Made by a program: the position numbers and the translations under genes
Origin: an uncultured Oscillospiraceae bacterium
GTDB taxonomy: Bacteria > Bacillota > Clostridia > UBA1212 > UBA1255
Assembly (NCBI GenBank): GCA_902472555.1
Contig: CABROF010000001.1
Coordinates: 32,025-96,024, forward strand
DNA: 64,000 nt
Direction: 5' to 3'
Shown: one piece after another, positions 48,561-59,472 of the stretch
How the letters are laid out: each line of letters starts with the position of its first letter
How positions within the stretch are numbered: the stretch's first letter is position 1
The notes under the pieces: model-generated
The model's database searches: none
Seen by the model: the letters and a program-made list of their open reading frames with translations, nothing else
What the model was told of the DNA's origin: nothing

Positions 48561-50093
48561 ATGAATCTATCTGATAAAATAAACACATTGGTCTGTTACG
48601 GCATACACTGCGGCCTTACGCCTGTATGCGAAAGGATATATACCATAAACAGCCTTCTATCGCTGCTTCATGAAAATGCATATACTCCTTCCGCAGGCAC
48701 TGCAGATATGCCGGAGGACGACGTTCTTTTCTCCGGAACTGCGCCCGCCGGCGGTCTGGAAAAAATTCTGTCAGGCCTGCTTGACGAAGCAATCGAACGC
48801 GGAATTATAGAAGACAATACGGTTGCAAGAGATTTATTTGATACAAAACTGATGAACTGCCTGCTTCCCCGTCCATCCCAAGTGCAGAAGGAATTTCGCA
48901 GGAGATATGCGCAATCGCCCGAGGCTGCAACAGAATACTATTATAAATTCAGTCAAGACAGCAACTACATCCGTCGTTACCGCATTGTCCGGGATAGAAG
49001 ATGGACTGTGGATTCTAAATACGGAAAGATTGATATTACAATAAACCTTTCTAAGCCTGAGAAAGATCCTAAGGCGATTGCGTCAGCCGGAAAAGAGGCG
49101 CCATCCGGATATCCGAAATGTCTGCTTTGTTCTGAAAATGAAGGCTATGCAGGGAATTACAGACAGCCTGCACGCGATAATCACCGTATGATTCCATTAT
49201 CAATCTGCGGACAGGACTGGGGCCTTCAGTATTCGCCGTACATCTATTATAATGAACACTGCATTGTTTTTAACAGCAGACATGTCCCAATGAAAATAGA
49301 CAGCGCCACGTTTGAAAAGCTGTTTTCTTTTATTACCGCCTTTCCTCATTATTTCATAGGCTCCAACGCAGATCTGCCGATTGTCGGCGGTTCTATTCTC
49401 AGTCATGAACATTTCCAGGGAGGACGTTATCCCTTTGCTATGGAAAAAGCAGTAATCGAGCAGCAGGTGATGATTCCGGGATACGAGGATGTAGAGACAG
49501 GGATTCTCAAATGGCCGCTCTCCGTTCTCCGGCTTCGCCATGCCAATGAAAAGCGTCTGGTCAGACTGGCCGCCCATATTCTGGACACATGGCACAATTA
49601 CAGCGATGCGGAAGCTTTTATATTTGCAGAAACGAAGGGTGAGCGTCACAATACCATTACTCCGATTGCAAGGAAAAACGGTGATATCTATGAGCTTGAC
49701 CTCGCACTGCGCAATAATATCACAACACAGGCCCATCCGTTTGGGGTTTATCATCCGCATGCGGAGCATCATCACATCAAAAAAGAGAACATCGGACTGA
49801 TAGAGGTGATGGGACTTGCAGTACTTCCCGCACGGTTGATGACAGAGCTGGCGCTGCTGAAAGAATATATATTAGCGGGAAAAGAGATTGCCTCCAATCA
49901 TATGATTGAAAAACATGCAGAATGGGTATCTGAATTTCTGCCGGAATACCACCGGATAGATGAAAATAACATTGATGAAATTTTAAAAAAAGAGGTCGGA
50001 AATGTCTTTATCCGTGTGCTGGAGGATGCAGGCGTGTATCCATGCACGCCTGCAGGGCGCCAGGCCTTTATGCGCTTTGTCAAAAAACTGTAA
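48561..50093 (+). CDS. galT: Galactose-1-phosphate uridylyltransferase, Firmicutes type-2 form (about 500 aa).
   Basis: GIIEDNTVARDLFDTKLMNCLLPRPSQVQKEFRRRY closely resembles B. subtilis GalT (...SRDIFDTELM...TPRPS...). Confidence 0.85.
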   Translation: MNLSDKINTLVCYGIHCGLTPVCERIYTINSLLSLLHENAYTPSAGTADMPEDDVLFSGTAPAGGLEKILSGLLDEAIERGIIEDNTVARDLFDTKLMNCLLPRPSQVQKEFRRRYAQSPEAATEYYYKFSQDSNYIRRYRIVRDRRWTVDSKYGKIDITINLSKPEKDPKAIASAGKEAPSGYPKCLLCSENEGYAGNYRQPARDNHRMIPLSICGQDWGLQYSPYIYYNEHCIVFNSRHVPMKIDSATFEKLFSFITAFPHYFIGSNADLPIVGGSILSHEHFQGGRYPFAMEKAVIEQQVMIPGYEDVETGILKWPLSVLRLRHANEKRLVRLAAHILDTWHNYSDAEAFIFAETKGERHNTITPIARKNGDIYELDLALRNNITTQAHPFGVYHPHAEHHHIKKENIGLIEVMGLAVLPARLMTELALLKEYILAGKEIASNHMIEKHAEWVSEFLPEYHRIDENNIDEILKKEVGNVFIRVLEDAGVYPCTPAGRQAFMRFVKKL

Positions 50094-50139
50094 ATAAAAA
50101 TAAGAATGATTTTACATGAAGCAAAGGAGATGTTAAGAA

Positions 50140-51870
50140 ATGTATCATGTGAATATTCCACGCCCGGAATACCCAAGGCCGCAGCTGGTACGTGAGCATT
50201 GGATGAATTTGAACGGAAGCTGGGATTTTGAAATTGACAATACCGAGACCGGAAGAGAGAGAGGGCTTCCCGAGGCAGCGACCCTACGCGGAAAAATAAT
50301 GGTCCCGTTTTGCCCTGAAAGCAAACTTTCAGGCGTGGAGAACTTGAATTTTATGCGTGCCGTATGGTATAAGCGCTGCTTTACCATTCCTCTGGCATGG
50401 CGGTCGGGACCGAATCATGTAATTTTACATATCGGTGCATGTGATTATCAGACGGAAGTATGGATCAACGGCACATCCGCAGGAACACACAGCGGCGGAT
50501 ATGCGTCATTTTCTTTTGATATCACCGATCATCTGAAAGATGGCGACAATATGATAACAATCTGTGCAGCCGACGATGTACGTTCCGGATTGCAGCCTGC
50601 GGGAAAGCAAAGCAGCCGCTACCATTCATACGGCTGTTTTTACACCAGGACCACCGGTATTTGGCAGACCGTATGGCTTGAATGCGTACCGCAGGCATAT
50701 ATATCCGAGCTGAAATATACGCCGGATATTCAAAATAAACTCCTTATGATAGAAGCGGTATGCGAAAACGCCGACGGCAGGACGCTTACCGCCAGCGCAG
50801 CGTTCCAGGGCCGGCCGGCGGCATACGGAAAAAGTACTGTATCAGGCAAACGATGTGTTATTTATCTGCAAATCAGCGAGCTTCACTTATGGGCGCCCGG
50901 AAAGCCGGAGTTGTACGATCTGACGCTTCGTCTGCATCACGATCACATCGACAGCTATTTCGGCATGCGGGATGTCTCTGTTGTTGACGGAAAAATGTAC
51001 ATAAACGGTGAAGCGGTATTCCAGCGGCTGATACTCGACCAGGGTTTTTACCCGGAGGGGGTTATTACTGCGCCTGACGACAATGCATTAAAGGCCGATA
51101 TCGAGCGTTCAATGGCCATGGGCTTCAATGGCGCAAGACTGCATCAGAAGGTATTCGAACCGCGATTTCTTTATTACTGTGATCTGCTGGGATATATGGT
51201 ATGGGGTGAACAGGGCAATTGGGGTCTTGATATCAGAGGCAATCATTGCATGCAGTATTTTCTGCCCGAATGGCTTGAGGTTTTGAAAAGAGATTATAAC
51301 CATCCTGCTATTATCGGCTGGTGCCCGTTAAATGAGACCCAATACAATCAGAATCCGCAATTTGTCAGATTTCTTCTGCAAATGACAAAGGCTTTTGACA
51401 GTACACGTCCCGTAATCGATGCCTCAGGTTGGCGGCATGAAGGCGATATTTCGGATATCACAGACTGTCACGATTATGAACAGAACGGAGAGATTTTCAA
51501 AAAGCATTATGATCCCCTTGCAAAAGGAGAAAGCGTTGATATCACACCGCCGATTCCGAATATCGATAAAGTTTTCACCAATAAATTGACCTTTATGAGC
51601 GAATACGGCGGCATCTGGTGGAGCGATGCCGCGGAGAACGGCTGGGGCTACGGCAACAGGCCGGCAAGCCGTGAAGAATTTATGGAACGCTTCAAAAGCC
51701 TTACCGATGCGCTTCTTGATAATCCTGCCTTCTGCGGATTATGCTATACACAGCTTACGGATGTTGAACAGGAGCAAAACGGGCTGTATACATACGACAG
51801 AAAGGCGAAATTTGACCCAGAGGCGATCCAAAAGATTGTGATGAGAAAAGCCGCATTTGAAGAAGCATAG
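50140..51870 (+). CDS. Glycoside hydrolase family 2 protein (beta-galactosidase/beta-glucuronidase-like).
   Basis: GH2 sugar-binding-domain region NLNGSWDFEIDN ... VILHIGACDYQTEVWINGTSAGTHSGGYASFSFDITDHL. No signal peptide. Confidence 0.75.
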   Translation: MYHVNIPRPEYPRPQLVREHWMNLNGSWDFEIDNTETGRERGLPEAATLRGKIMVPFCPESKLSGVENLNFMRAVWYKRCFTIPLAWRSGPNHVILHIGACDYQTEVWINGTSAGTHSGGYASFSFDITDHLKDGDNMITICAADDVRSGLQPAGKQSSRYHSYGCFYTRTTGIWQTVWLECVPQAYISELKYTPDIQNKLLMIEAVCENADGRTLTASAAFQGRPAAYGKSTVSGKRCVIYLQISELHLWAPGKPELYDLTLRLHHDHIDSYFGMRDVSVVDGKMYINGEAVFQRLILDQGFYPEGVITAPDDNALKADIERSMAMGFNGARLHQKVFEPRFLYYCDLLGYMVWGEQGNWGLDIRGNHCMQYFLPEWLEVLKRDYNHPAIIGWCPLNETQYNQNPQFVRFLLQMTKAFDSTRPVIDASGWRHEGDISDITDCHDYEQNGEIFKKHYDPLAKGESVDITPPIPNIDKVFTNKLTFMSEYGGIWWSDAAENGWGYGNRPASREEFMERFKSLTDALLDNPAFCGLCYTQLTDVEQEQNGLYTYDRKAKFDPEAIQKIVMRKAAFEEA

Positions 51871-52048
51871 CCTTTCTTTCGGATATCATTTCATATTCTT
51901 CAACGCTTTAAAACTTCAAAACGGCCGTGTTACTCTGTATAAAACAGTAAAACGGCCGTTTGCATTTGATTTTATAAAGCCTTCAAGCTGCGAGAAAGAA
52001 AATTTCTTTTATTTCTGGAGCAAAACAATCTGCTGCATTGTTTTGTAA

Positions 52049-53197
52049 CTATTCGCCGGCTTCTAATCTGGTCACGGCATCCGCGGACACGCGTACCACC
52101 GGCCGGATTCCCACTGCTGTATCATTGACGGCATAGCCGTTGCCAATGTCGCCGAAGCGGTAAACAGCCTGCATATAGGTGCTAATTCCCGGCGAACGCA
52201 GCCACCAGATGCACTCATTTTTGCTGCCTGCAGATACGCCCCTGCTCACTGCATAAGGAGTCGCATAAACAACACGAGTACTGTTTGCATTTTCCGGATG
52301 ATCCGCAGTAATGTTCTCAACAGAAAAAATCTTGTATGTACCATCCGCTTCCTGACTGCTGAGTAAATAAATATAATCCGTTGTTTCGCCTCCGCCTAAA
52401 GTCCCATAGACTTCATGATCCTCCGTTTGAATTACGGACGGACGGATGGCGCCGCGTTCTTCCTCAGAAAACGCACGATGATAAAAATTCCAGTAATTTT
52501 TGTACTTTGCGCCGCCGACTGCGTATTCATCCGTACCATTCAGCCAATCTCTCATAGAGGAATCCGCCCAGCTGACCGCGCCGTATTGATCATGGAACGG
52601 CAGTCCGCTTTCGATTACCGATTCTGTAATCAGCAGCAGCGTATTGTCCTTCGATTCCAGAACCAGCCAAGTGATGGGTTCTACCAAAAAATAATTGCTT
52701 CCCTGCAAAACGTAATATTGTGTCTCCCCATATTCTACATTTACAGGCGGCGCCGTCGCCTCTTCAGAAGAAGAGCCAGCCGTTGCCGCAGGTGTTTCCG
52801 CAGGATCGGCTGTGGCGGCGGGAGTCGGAGCGGCTAACGCCGGCTGATAGCAATAAAAGCCATATTCTCTGTCATACCAGGCCTTTCCGTCAGCGCCTGC
52901 ATACTCTGTCCAGTTTCCTGTATCCGCGTCGATTTTTACATTTCCATTCAGCAAAGATGCAACATTGGCGGCTGCCTGCGATTTCGGATAGCTTCCAAAG
53001 TTAACGCGCTCCGGCGCTGCAGTAGGCTGAACCGACAATGTATCCTCATGCCCTTTTGCCGACCACTTTTCATCCTTCTGCGGAGTCTCCGAACAACCGG
53101 CAAAAATCAACAGAGCCGCGGCAATGACTGCCATAAATACAGCGAAGCACCATTTTCTTGACATTCTAATTCCTCCTGAATCCGTTACAAGTACCAC
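52049..53197 (-). CDS. Hypothetical secreted lipoprotein with an Ala/Thr/Pro-rich linker.
   Basis: Lipobox IFAGCSE. Low-complexity PTPAATADPAETPAATAGSSSEEATAPP. The C-terminal region has a WWLRSP motif. Confidence 0.4.
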   Translation of the reverse strand: MVLVTDSGGIRMSRKWCFAVFMAVIAAALLIFAGCSETPQKDEKWSAKGHEDTLSVQPTAAPERVNFGSYPKSQAAANVASLLNGNVKIDADTGNWTEYAGADGKAWYDREYGFYCYQPALAAPTPAATADPAETPAATAGSSSEEATAPPVNVEYGETQYYVLQGSNYFLVEPITWLVLESKDNTLLLITESVIESGLPFHDQYGAVSWADSSMRDWLNGTDEYAVGGAKYKNYWNFYHRAFSEEERGAIRPSVIQTEDHEVYGTLGGGETTDYIYLLSSQEADGTYKIFSVENITADHPENANSTRVVYATPYAVSRGVSAGSKNECIWWLRSPGISTYMQAVYRFGDIGNGYAVNDTAVGIRPVVRVSADAVTRLEAGE

Positions 53198-53301
53198 ATA
53201 TTATTCTTTCACAATCGCCGCGCAGCCCTCTTGTCAGAAAACGCGGATTGCTGTCAAAACACAATGAAAAGTATACATGGATGTCTGTTTATTGTCAATG
53301 T

Positions 53302-54492
53302 CTAACTATCATACACCTGCACATCCGCCGCCGCGGTATCCTCAAGCCGGGCAAAATCCACTTTTGCCTCCTGTTCCAGAATTTCATGCAGCTGCGGTCT
53401 GGTCCGCGGATGCTTCGGCGTAAATACCGTACAGCAATCTTCATACGGTAAAATGCTGGTATCAAAGGTGCCGATCCGCCTTGCTACGGCGACTACCTCC
53501 ATTTTATCCATTCCGATCAAAGGACGGAATACAGGCATAGCGGCAGCGGCATCCGTACAATAAATCGCCTGCATGGTCTGACTTGCCACCTGACCTAAGC
53601 TCTCTCCCGTTACCAGAGCTGAGCAGCCGTATTTCCGCGCCAGGCGCTCTGCAATACGCATCATGGAGCGCCGCATAAGCACCGTGCTCAGGTCTTCCCG
53701 GCAGTTCTCATTAATTGCAAGCTGAATGTCCGTAAACGGTACCACCAGGATACGCATATTTCCCGTATATTCGGCCAGCAGCCGTCCGAGCTCCAGCACT
53801 TTTTCTTTCGCGCGTTCGCTCGTATAAGGATAGCTGTGAAAATGTACGGCGCAGAGACTGACCCCTCTTTTACCGATCATATATCCCGCAACCGGACTGT
53901 CAATGCCGCCGGAAAGCAGCAGACAGGCCTTCCCGTTGCAGCCGGACGGCATACCGCCTTGGGCAGGAATCACATCCGTATATAAATAAGACTCCTCCCG
54001 AACCTCAATAAACAACGTAAAATCCGGCTGTTTGACATCCACCCGCAGAAGTGGAAAGCGCTCCAGCAGCACTGCCCCTATCGCTGCGGAAATTTCCGGC
54101 GATGTCATGGGGAAGCTTTTCATACCGCGTTTTGTTTCCACTTTAAAAGTAATATATTCTTTACGGGCTCCCGTCCCGATCCGATCCACCACGGTCTGCA
54201 CCAGCGCAATTGATTTTTTTACAATCACCTCATAATCAGAGGCCGTCACATGCGCAGGACTCAGCGATACGATGCCGAAAACCCGTGACAAACAGTCGAG
54301 GGCCTTTTCAAATTGAAAATCCAGGCCTGTCGGTTCTACGAAAAAACGGGATTGAGACCAGCGGATATCAGCCGTCCCGCAGCCGGCTATGGCAGTTTTC
54401 ATATTACGGGCAAGACGCTGTTCAAACGTACTGCGATTCAACCCCTTCAGCGCAATTTCTCCGATTCTTGCCAAAATCACACGTTCTGTCAT
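53302..54492 (-). CDS. thiI: tRNA 4-thiouridine(8) synthase.
   Basis: MTERVILARIGEIALKGLNR (THUMP) ... LLSGGIDSPVAGYM (PP-loop SGGxDS). Confidence 0.9.
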   Translation of the reverse strand: MTERVILARIGEIALKGLNRSTFEQRLARNMKTAIAGCGTADIRWSQSRFFVEPTGLDFQFEKALDCLSRVFGIVSLSPAHVTASDYEVIVKKSIALVQTVVDRIGTGARKEYITFKVETKRGMKSFPMTSPEISAAIGAVLLERFPLLRVDVKQPDFTLFIEVREESYLYTDVIPAQGGMPSGCNGKACLLLSGGIDSPVAGYMIGKRGVSLCAVHFHSYPYTSERAKEKVLELGRLLAEYTGNMRILVVPFTDIQLAINENCREDLSTVLMRRSMMRIAERLARKYGCSALVTGESLGQVASQTMQAIYCTDAAAAMPVFRPLIGMDKMEVVAVARRIGTFDTSILPYEDCCTVFTPKHPRTRPQLHEILEQEAKVDFARLEDTAAADVQVYDS

Positions 54493-54493
54493 T

Positions 54494-56401
54494 TTATTCT
54501 CCTTTTCCCCCGTTTTTTCCGTATTTTCTGTGATTTCTCGCCCGAAGCTTTTTTACCTCCGCGCAAAGGGCATCACCGGCGGCTTCTGCCTCTTCCATTG
54601 TATTATAAGGCGAAAAGCTAAGCCTAACCGCTCCGTCGATGGCTTTGACATCATATCCCATAGCCGTCAGGACATGGCTCCGGTTTTTCTTGTGGGACGA
54701 ACAGGCAGATCCGACGGAGAGGAAGACCCCTCTTGCTTCCAAGCTGTGCAGCAGCACTTCGCCCCGCAGCCCCGGAAAAGCCACGCAGAAAATATACGGC
54801 GAACATGTCTCGTCGCTGATCATTTCATAAGTATGCAGCTGACTGCGGATGATTTCCGCAAGACGGTCCCGAATCCGGCGTACATGTGCAGCATGCTGTT
54901 CTATTTCCGCGCACATCTGCTCCGCCGCAACGCGAAATCCGGCAATTGCTGGAAGATTTTCCGTACCAGAGCGCAGACCTGCTTCCTGTCCGCCCCCGAT
55001 CAGAAGCGGATCCATTTTTATCCCTTTTCTGACATACAGAAACCCAACACCTCTGGGACCGTGAATTTTATGACCGCTGCCGCTCAGAAGATCAACTCCC
55101 ATAGATTCTGCGGAAATAGGCAGTTTGCCGAAGCTTTGTACTGCATCCGTATGAAGGACCGTCTGCGGGTTCATCCGGCGGCGAATTTCGGAAATTTCGC
55201 GGATCGGCTGCACCGCACCGGTTTCACTGTTCACATGCATAACGGAAATCAACGCGGTATCCGGCCGTATCATACTCTGCAGTGCAGAAAGGTTGGTCTT
55301 TCCATCCGCATGTACGGGAATCAACTGCACCTCATAGCCGCACTTTTCGAGATATACGGCGGTCTCAAGTACAGACGGATGTTCCGTGGAAGAAACCAAA
55401 ATATGCTTTCCTTTTCTGGGGTTTGCACTTAGATAGCCGCGCAGTGCCCAATTATTGGATTCCGTTCCGCCTGAGGTGAAATAAATATTCCCTGCTGCGC
55501 CGTTTCTCTCAGAAACGCCGATTCCGGCAGCAATGGTCTCCCGGCAGGCCTTCAGTTCTTTTTCTGCCGTCAAGCCGAGATGGTGCAAAGAGGAAGGATT
55601 TCCGTATATCCGGCTGCTGACGCGAACCATTTCCGCCGTCACGGCAGGAAGCTGCCGCGTCGTTGCGCTGTTATCCAAATAAATTGTTTTCTCAAGTTCC
55701 TTTTGTTCTGTATACCGCTGATATAAATCAGGCCGTTTTTTTGCCGTCCTGCTGAGGGCCTGTTCATACCGCCATGCATCTATTTGTGCATGATTTCCGG
55801 AAAGCAGCACTTCTGGGACCGCCATCTGATCAATGATAACCGGCCGTGTATACTGGGGATATTCCAGCAGGCCGTCGGCATGTGATTCCGTCCGATAAGC
55901 CTCCTCGCAGGCAAGTACACCGGGGATCAGGCGGCAGACACAATCAGCAAGCGCCATTGCCGGAATTTCACCTCCGGTCAGCACATAATCACCGATAGAA
56001 ATTTCCTCGTCGACAATCGTATCAAGGACACGTTCGTCGATGCCCTCATAATGGCCGCAGATAATTGCAAGATTATGCTTGCCGGCCAGCCGTTCCGCCG
56101 CCGGCGTCAGCGGTGTTCCCTGAGGCGACATATAAATACAGTACGGCTTTTCATAGCCGGCCTTTTGATTCTCCTCCGTCACATGTGCAAACGCATCCCG
56201 AAGGGGCTGATACGACAGAATCAGTCCGGGACCGCCTCCGTACGGATAATCGTCTACTTTTCCCTGTTTATTGTCCGTATAGTCTCTGATTTGATGAAAA
56301 AAGACAGAAAAACAGCCGTTTTCAATTCCTCTGGCAAGAATGCTTTCCGCAAAGGCAGCCCGTACCATATCAGGAAATAAAGTTAAAATATCAATCCGCA
56401 T
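54494..56401 (-). CDS. trmD: Single 635-aa ORF: tRNA (guanine37-N1)-methyltransferase TrmD (residues about 1..245) fused in frame to a NifS/IscS-type cysteine desulfurase.
   Basis: N-terminus: MRIDILTLFPDMV ... ICGHYEGIDERV ... LTGGEIPAMALADCVCRLIPGVL ... LLSGNHAQIDAWR. It then runs directly into TIYLDNSATT ... SGSGHKIHGPRGVGFLYV (PLP-Lys). There is no stop at the junction near 55690. Confidence 0.75.
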   Translation of the reverse strand: MRIDILTLFPDMVRAAFAESILARGIENGCFSVFFHQIRDYTDNKQGKVDDYPYGGGPGLILSYQPLRDAFAHVTEENQKAGYEKPYCIYMSPQGTPLTPAAERLAGKHNLAIICGHYEGIDERVLDTIVDEEISIGDYVLTGGEIPAMALADCVCRLIPGVLACEEAYRTESHADGLLEYPQYTRPVIIDQMAVPEVLLSGNHAQIDAWRYEQALSRTAKKRPDLYQRYTEQKELEKTIYLDNSATTRQLPAVTAEMVRVSSRIYGNPSSLHHLGLTAEKELKACRETIAAGIGVSERNGAAGNIYFTSGGTESNNWALRGYLSANPRKGKHILVSSTEHPSVLETAVYLEKCGYEVQLIPVHADGKTNLSALQSMIRPDTALISVMHVNSETGAVQPIREISEIRRRMNPQTVLHTDAVQSFGKLPISAESMGVDLLSGSGHKIHGPRGVGFLYVRKGIKMDPLLIGGGQEAGLRSGTENLPAIAGFRVAAEQMCAEIEQHAAHVRRIRDRLAEIIRSQLHTYEMISDETCSPYIFCVAFPGLRGEVLLHSLEARGVFLSVGSACSSHKKNRSHVLTAMGYDVKAIDGAVRLSFSPYNTMEEAEAAGDALCAEVKKLRARNHRKYGKNGGKGE

Positions 56402-56927
56402 GGTACACTTCCCTCAGTCCGGGCAATAGCTTGACTGTGATCTCTCCGGCCGCGATGTCAATCCGCAGAATAACCTCTCCGATTGCAGGCAATAAAATCT
56501 CAGCGCCCTGTTCAGATACCACCCGATATACGTCATTGCTGCCCGTCTGGAAGACATCCCGTACGAAGCCAAGGACAGTCCCGTCGGATTCCGTAACACG
56601 GCATCCGATCAGATCCCCAATAAAATAATGATCCTCAGGAAGTACAATGGCCTCCTCCCGGGGGATTTCCAGCAAAGCACCGCGCAGCATCATCGCTTTG
56701 TCGCGGTCGTCAATTCCTTCTAACTGCAATAAAACAAAATTGCCCGCCAAAACGGCAGACACAACGGCATAAATTTTTTTCTCGGTCTTTTTATGGTTCT
56801 GATGGGAAACCGTAACCTGTTTCAACGTGCGGAATCGTTTGGGATCATCCGTCAGGGGCGTCACCTTCAGCGCCCCCCTGACGCCATGAACATTCACGAT
56901 CTCACCGATAATCAATGATTTGAGCAA
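56391..56927 (-). CDS. rimM: Ribosome maturation factor RimM.
   Basis: MLKSLIIGEIVNVHGVRGALKVTPLTDDPKRF. The gene order is ffh-rpsP-KH-rimM-trmD. Confidence 0.85.
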   Translation of the reverse strand: MLKSLIIGEIVNVHGVRGALKVTPLTDDPKRFRTLKQVTVSHQNHKKTEKKIYAVVSAVLAGNFVLLQLEGIDDRDKAMMLRGALLEIPREEAIVLPEDHYFIGDLIGCRVTESDGTVLGFVRDVFQTGSNDVYRVVSEQGAEILLPAIGEVILRIDIAAGEITVKLLPGLREVYHAD

Positions 56928-56942
56928 CGTATATATGCCTCC

Positions 56943-57170
56943 CTACGCGATGTCGACAAATACAGGTTTTTCCTCATTAACCGCAGCAGCCTTTACCACT
57001 GTACGGATCGCTTTTGCAATTCGGCCTTCTCTGCCGATCACCTTTCCCATATCGTCATCGGAAACGCGCAGCTTCAGCGTAATGCTTTTCTCCGTTTCTT
57101 CAACGTCGACCTGCACGTCCTCCGGCTTGCTGACAAGTTGTTTGGCAATGAATTCTAATAATTCTTTCAT
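56943..57170 (-). CDS. KH-domain RNA-binding protein (YlqC/UPF0109 family).
   Basis: MKELLEFIAKQLVSKPEDVQVDVEETEKSITLKLRVSDDDMGKVIGREGRIAKAIRTVV. Confidence 0.8.
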   Translation of the reverse strand: MKELLEFIAKQLVSKPEDVQVDVEETEKSITLKLRVSDDDMGKVIGREGRIAKAIRTVVKAAAVNEEKPVFVDIA

Positions 57171-57276
57171 GGTGACCTCCCAAACTACGACATTTCACAA
57201 AAGCATAAAGACACAATCCGCAAAGCCAACGATGCAGCAAGCACCGTCAGCTTTGCAGGAAAACCGCCGCCGGCGC

Positions 57277-57516
57277 TTATGCCTCTTGTGCTTTTTTCAG
57301 AAGCGCTTTTACCGTGTCGGTAGGCTGCGCTCCTTTTTGGATCCACGCATTTGCTTTTTCAAGATCAATTTTGATTTCGGCCGGATCTACCAGCGGGTTG
57401 TAGGTACCGATCTCTTCTACGAATCTTCCATCTCTCGCATATTTCGAGTCCGCTACAATCACTCTGTAAAACGGAGCTTTCTTGGCACCGATTCTTTTCA
57501 GTCTGATTTTTACCAT
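57277..57516 (-). CDS. rpsP: 30S ribosomal protein S16.
   Basis: [41 protein letters not shown]. Start at MVKIRL. The track ORF extends 15 codons upstream. Confidence 0.9.
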   Translation of the reverse strand: MVKIRLKRIGAKKAPFYRVIVADSKYARDGRFVEEIGTYNPLVDPAEIKIDLEKANAWIQKGAQPTDTVKALLKKAQEA

Positions 57517-57557
57517 AATGTCACCTCCATTTTCTTTTGTAGGATATTTATATAGGA

Positions 57558-58907
57558 TCAAAAAGGAAGTCCGGGAAAGCCTCTTTTTCCAAGCCCCTTT
57601 TTGCCGATACCTTTTTTGCCCGCGCCGCTGAACTGCTTCATCATGGCGCGCATGTCGTCGAACTGCTTCATCACGCGGTTCACGTCCTGTACGGTCGTTC
57701 CGCTTCCGGCGGCAATCCGTTTTCTTCTGCTGGCATTCAGAATATCCGGATGGTTTTTTTCTTTCTTTGTCATGGATTGGATAATGGCCTCCACCTTCAC
57801 CAAACCCCGCTCGTCAACATCTGCCTCCCCAAGGCTTCCTGCGTTCGGCAATAATTTGATCAAACCGGAAATCCCGCCCATCTTTTTAATCTGCTGCAGC
57901 TGATCCAAAAAATCATCCAGCGTAAATGTTTGCGTACGGATCTTTTTCTCAAGTTCCTCTGCTTTTTTAGCATCATACATTTCAACGGCTTTATCAATCA
58001 GCGTCAGCACATCTCCCATACCGAGGATGCGTTCGGCCATCCGTTTTGGATAAAAAACCTCCAGATCATTCATCTTTTCTCCGCTGGAGGCGAATTTAAC
58101 AGGTTTTCCGGTAATGGCTCTAACAGACAGCGCAGCGCCGCCCCTTGTATCACTGTCCAGCTTTGACAGAATGATTCCGCTCACCGCCAAACGCTCGTTA
58201 AAAGTACGCGCCACGTTTGCCGCTTCCTGACCGGTCATGGCATCCACCACCAGCAGAATCTCAGACGGCGTGACAGCGGCCTTGATATCGTCCAGCTCCT
58301 GCATCAATTCCTCATTGATCTGCAGACGGCCCGCTGTATCCAAAATCACAACGTCGTTCAGTCCGCGCACCGCGCGCTTGACCGCCTCCTGTGCAATTGC
58401 CACAGGCTTTGTTCCCTCCGGCGCCGTATGCACCGGCACATCGATCTGACGTCCCAGCACCTCTAACTGTTTCACTGCGGCCGGCCGGTAAATGTCACAG
58501 GCAGTCAGAAGCGGATTTTTTCCCTTTTTTCTCAAATGCAAAGCAAGCTTTGCAGCAGCAGTGGTCTTGCCCGCACCTTGAAGGCCGACCATCATAATCA
58601 CATTAGGCGGCGTCCTGGAAAAATCCAGCTTACTGTCCTCTGCGCCCAAAAGCGCAGTCAATTCGTCATATACAATCTTAACGATCTGTTGTCCCGGAGA
58701 CAAGCTCTCCAAAACAGACTGGCCCACCGCTTTCTCTGAAACGGAGGAAATAAAGTCCTTTACCACCTTATAGTTTACATCTGCCTCCAGCAATGCCAGA
58801 CGGATTTCCCGCATGAACTCCTTGACATCTTTTTCTGTCACACGTGTCTGGCCTTTCAGACGTTTTATGGTTGCCTGCAGCTTTGCAGACAGACTTTCAA
58901 AAGCCAA
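57558..58907 (-). CDS. ffh: Signal recognition particle protein Ffh.
   Basis: [19 protein letters not shown] ... [18 protein letters not shown] ... M-domain. Confidence 0.95.
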   Translation of the reverse strand: MAFESLSAKLQATIKRLKGQTRVTEKDVKEFMREIRLALLEADVNYKVVKDFISSVSEKAVGQSVLESLSPGQQIVKIVYDELTALLGAEDSKLDFSRTPPNVIMMVGLQGAGKTTAAAKLALHLRKKGKNPLLTACDIYRPAAVKQLEVLGRQIDVPVHTAPEGTKPVAIAQEAVKRAVRGLNDVVILDTAGRLQINEELMQELDDIKAAVTPSEILLVVDAMTGQEAANVARTFNERLAVSGIILSKLDSDTRGGAALSVRAITGKPVKFASSGEKMNDLEVFYPKRMAERILGMGDVLTLIDKAVEMYDAKKAEELEKKIRTQTFTLDDFLDQLQQIKKMGGISGLIKLLPNAGSLGEADVDERGLVKVEAIIQSMTKKEKNHPDILNASRRKRIAAGSGTTVQDVNRVMKQFDDMRAMMKQFSGAGKKGIGKKGLGKRGFPGLPF

Positions 58908-58973
58908 ATGGACCCACCCTTCCCCATTTTATTTCATGCATCCTTCTCATTTCATCCGCCGTATACGCTTCGT

Positions 58974-59336
58974 TCAGAGCTTTGAAATAATCTCAAACAG
59001 CTTCTTCTCCATTTGTTCGACCAAATAGAGATCGCCCTCTGCCAGCATGCTTCTGTCCATGAAGTTAAAATCGTCCTGCAGCGATTCCAGCTGTCTCTTT
59101 ACCTCCTGAAACCGTGCAAGCAGCCCAAGCTTTTCTTCATATTCACAAAGCATAGCGCGGCCGCGTTTAATAAAATCGTGGACACCCTGGCGGCTGATCT
59201 CGAGTTCTTCGGCAATTTCAGCCAGGCTCAAATCCTGATTATAATGCATATCAAGGCATTTCAGCTGGCTTTCGGTCAGCAGCTGCCCGTAGAAATCAAT
59301 CAGCATACTCATTTCATAAATATCAAAATCCGACAT
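58974..59336 (-). CDS. ylxM: YlxM/UPF0122 putative DNA-binding protein (sigma-70 region-4-like), conserved upstream of ffh.
   Basis: MSDFDIYEMSMLIDFYGQLLTESQLKCLDMHYNQDLSLAEIAEELEISRQGVHDFIKRG. The start is probably the MSDF Met. Confidence 0.7.
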   Translation of the reverse strand: MSDFDIYEMSMLIDFYGQLLTESQLKCLDMHYNQDLSLAEIAEELEISRQGVHDFIKRGRAMLCEYEEKLGLLARFQEVKRQLESLQDDFNFMDRSMLAEGDLYLVEQMEKKLFEIISKL

Positions 59337-59472
59337 ATGAGCTCCCATTCCGTCCGCCGATCTTTGACTGCCTCTGCAATCATCGCGAGAACAATGAAGC
59401 ATCACCTGTAAAGGCAATGCTCTTTACAAAAATACAGCAAAATCTTTCGCTTGTCAATACGTAAATAAAAAT

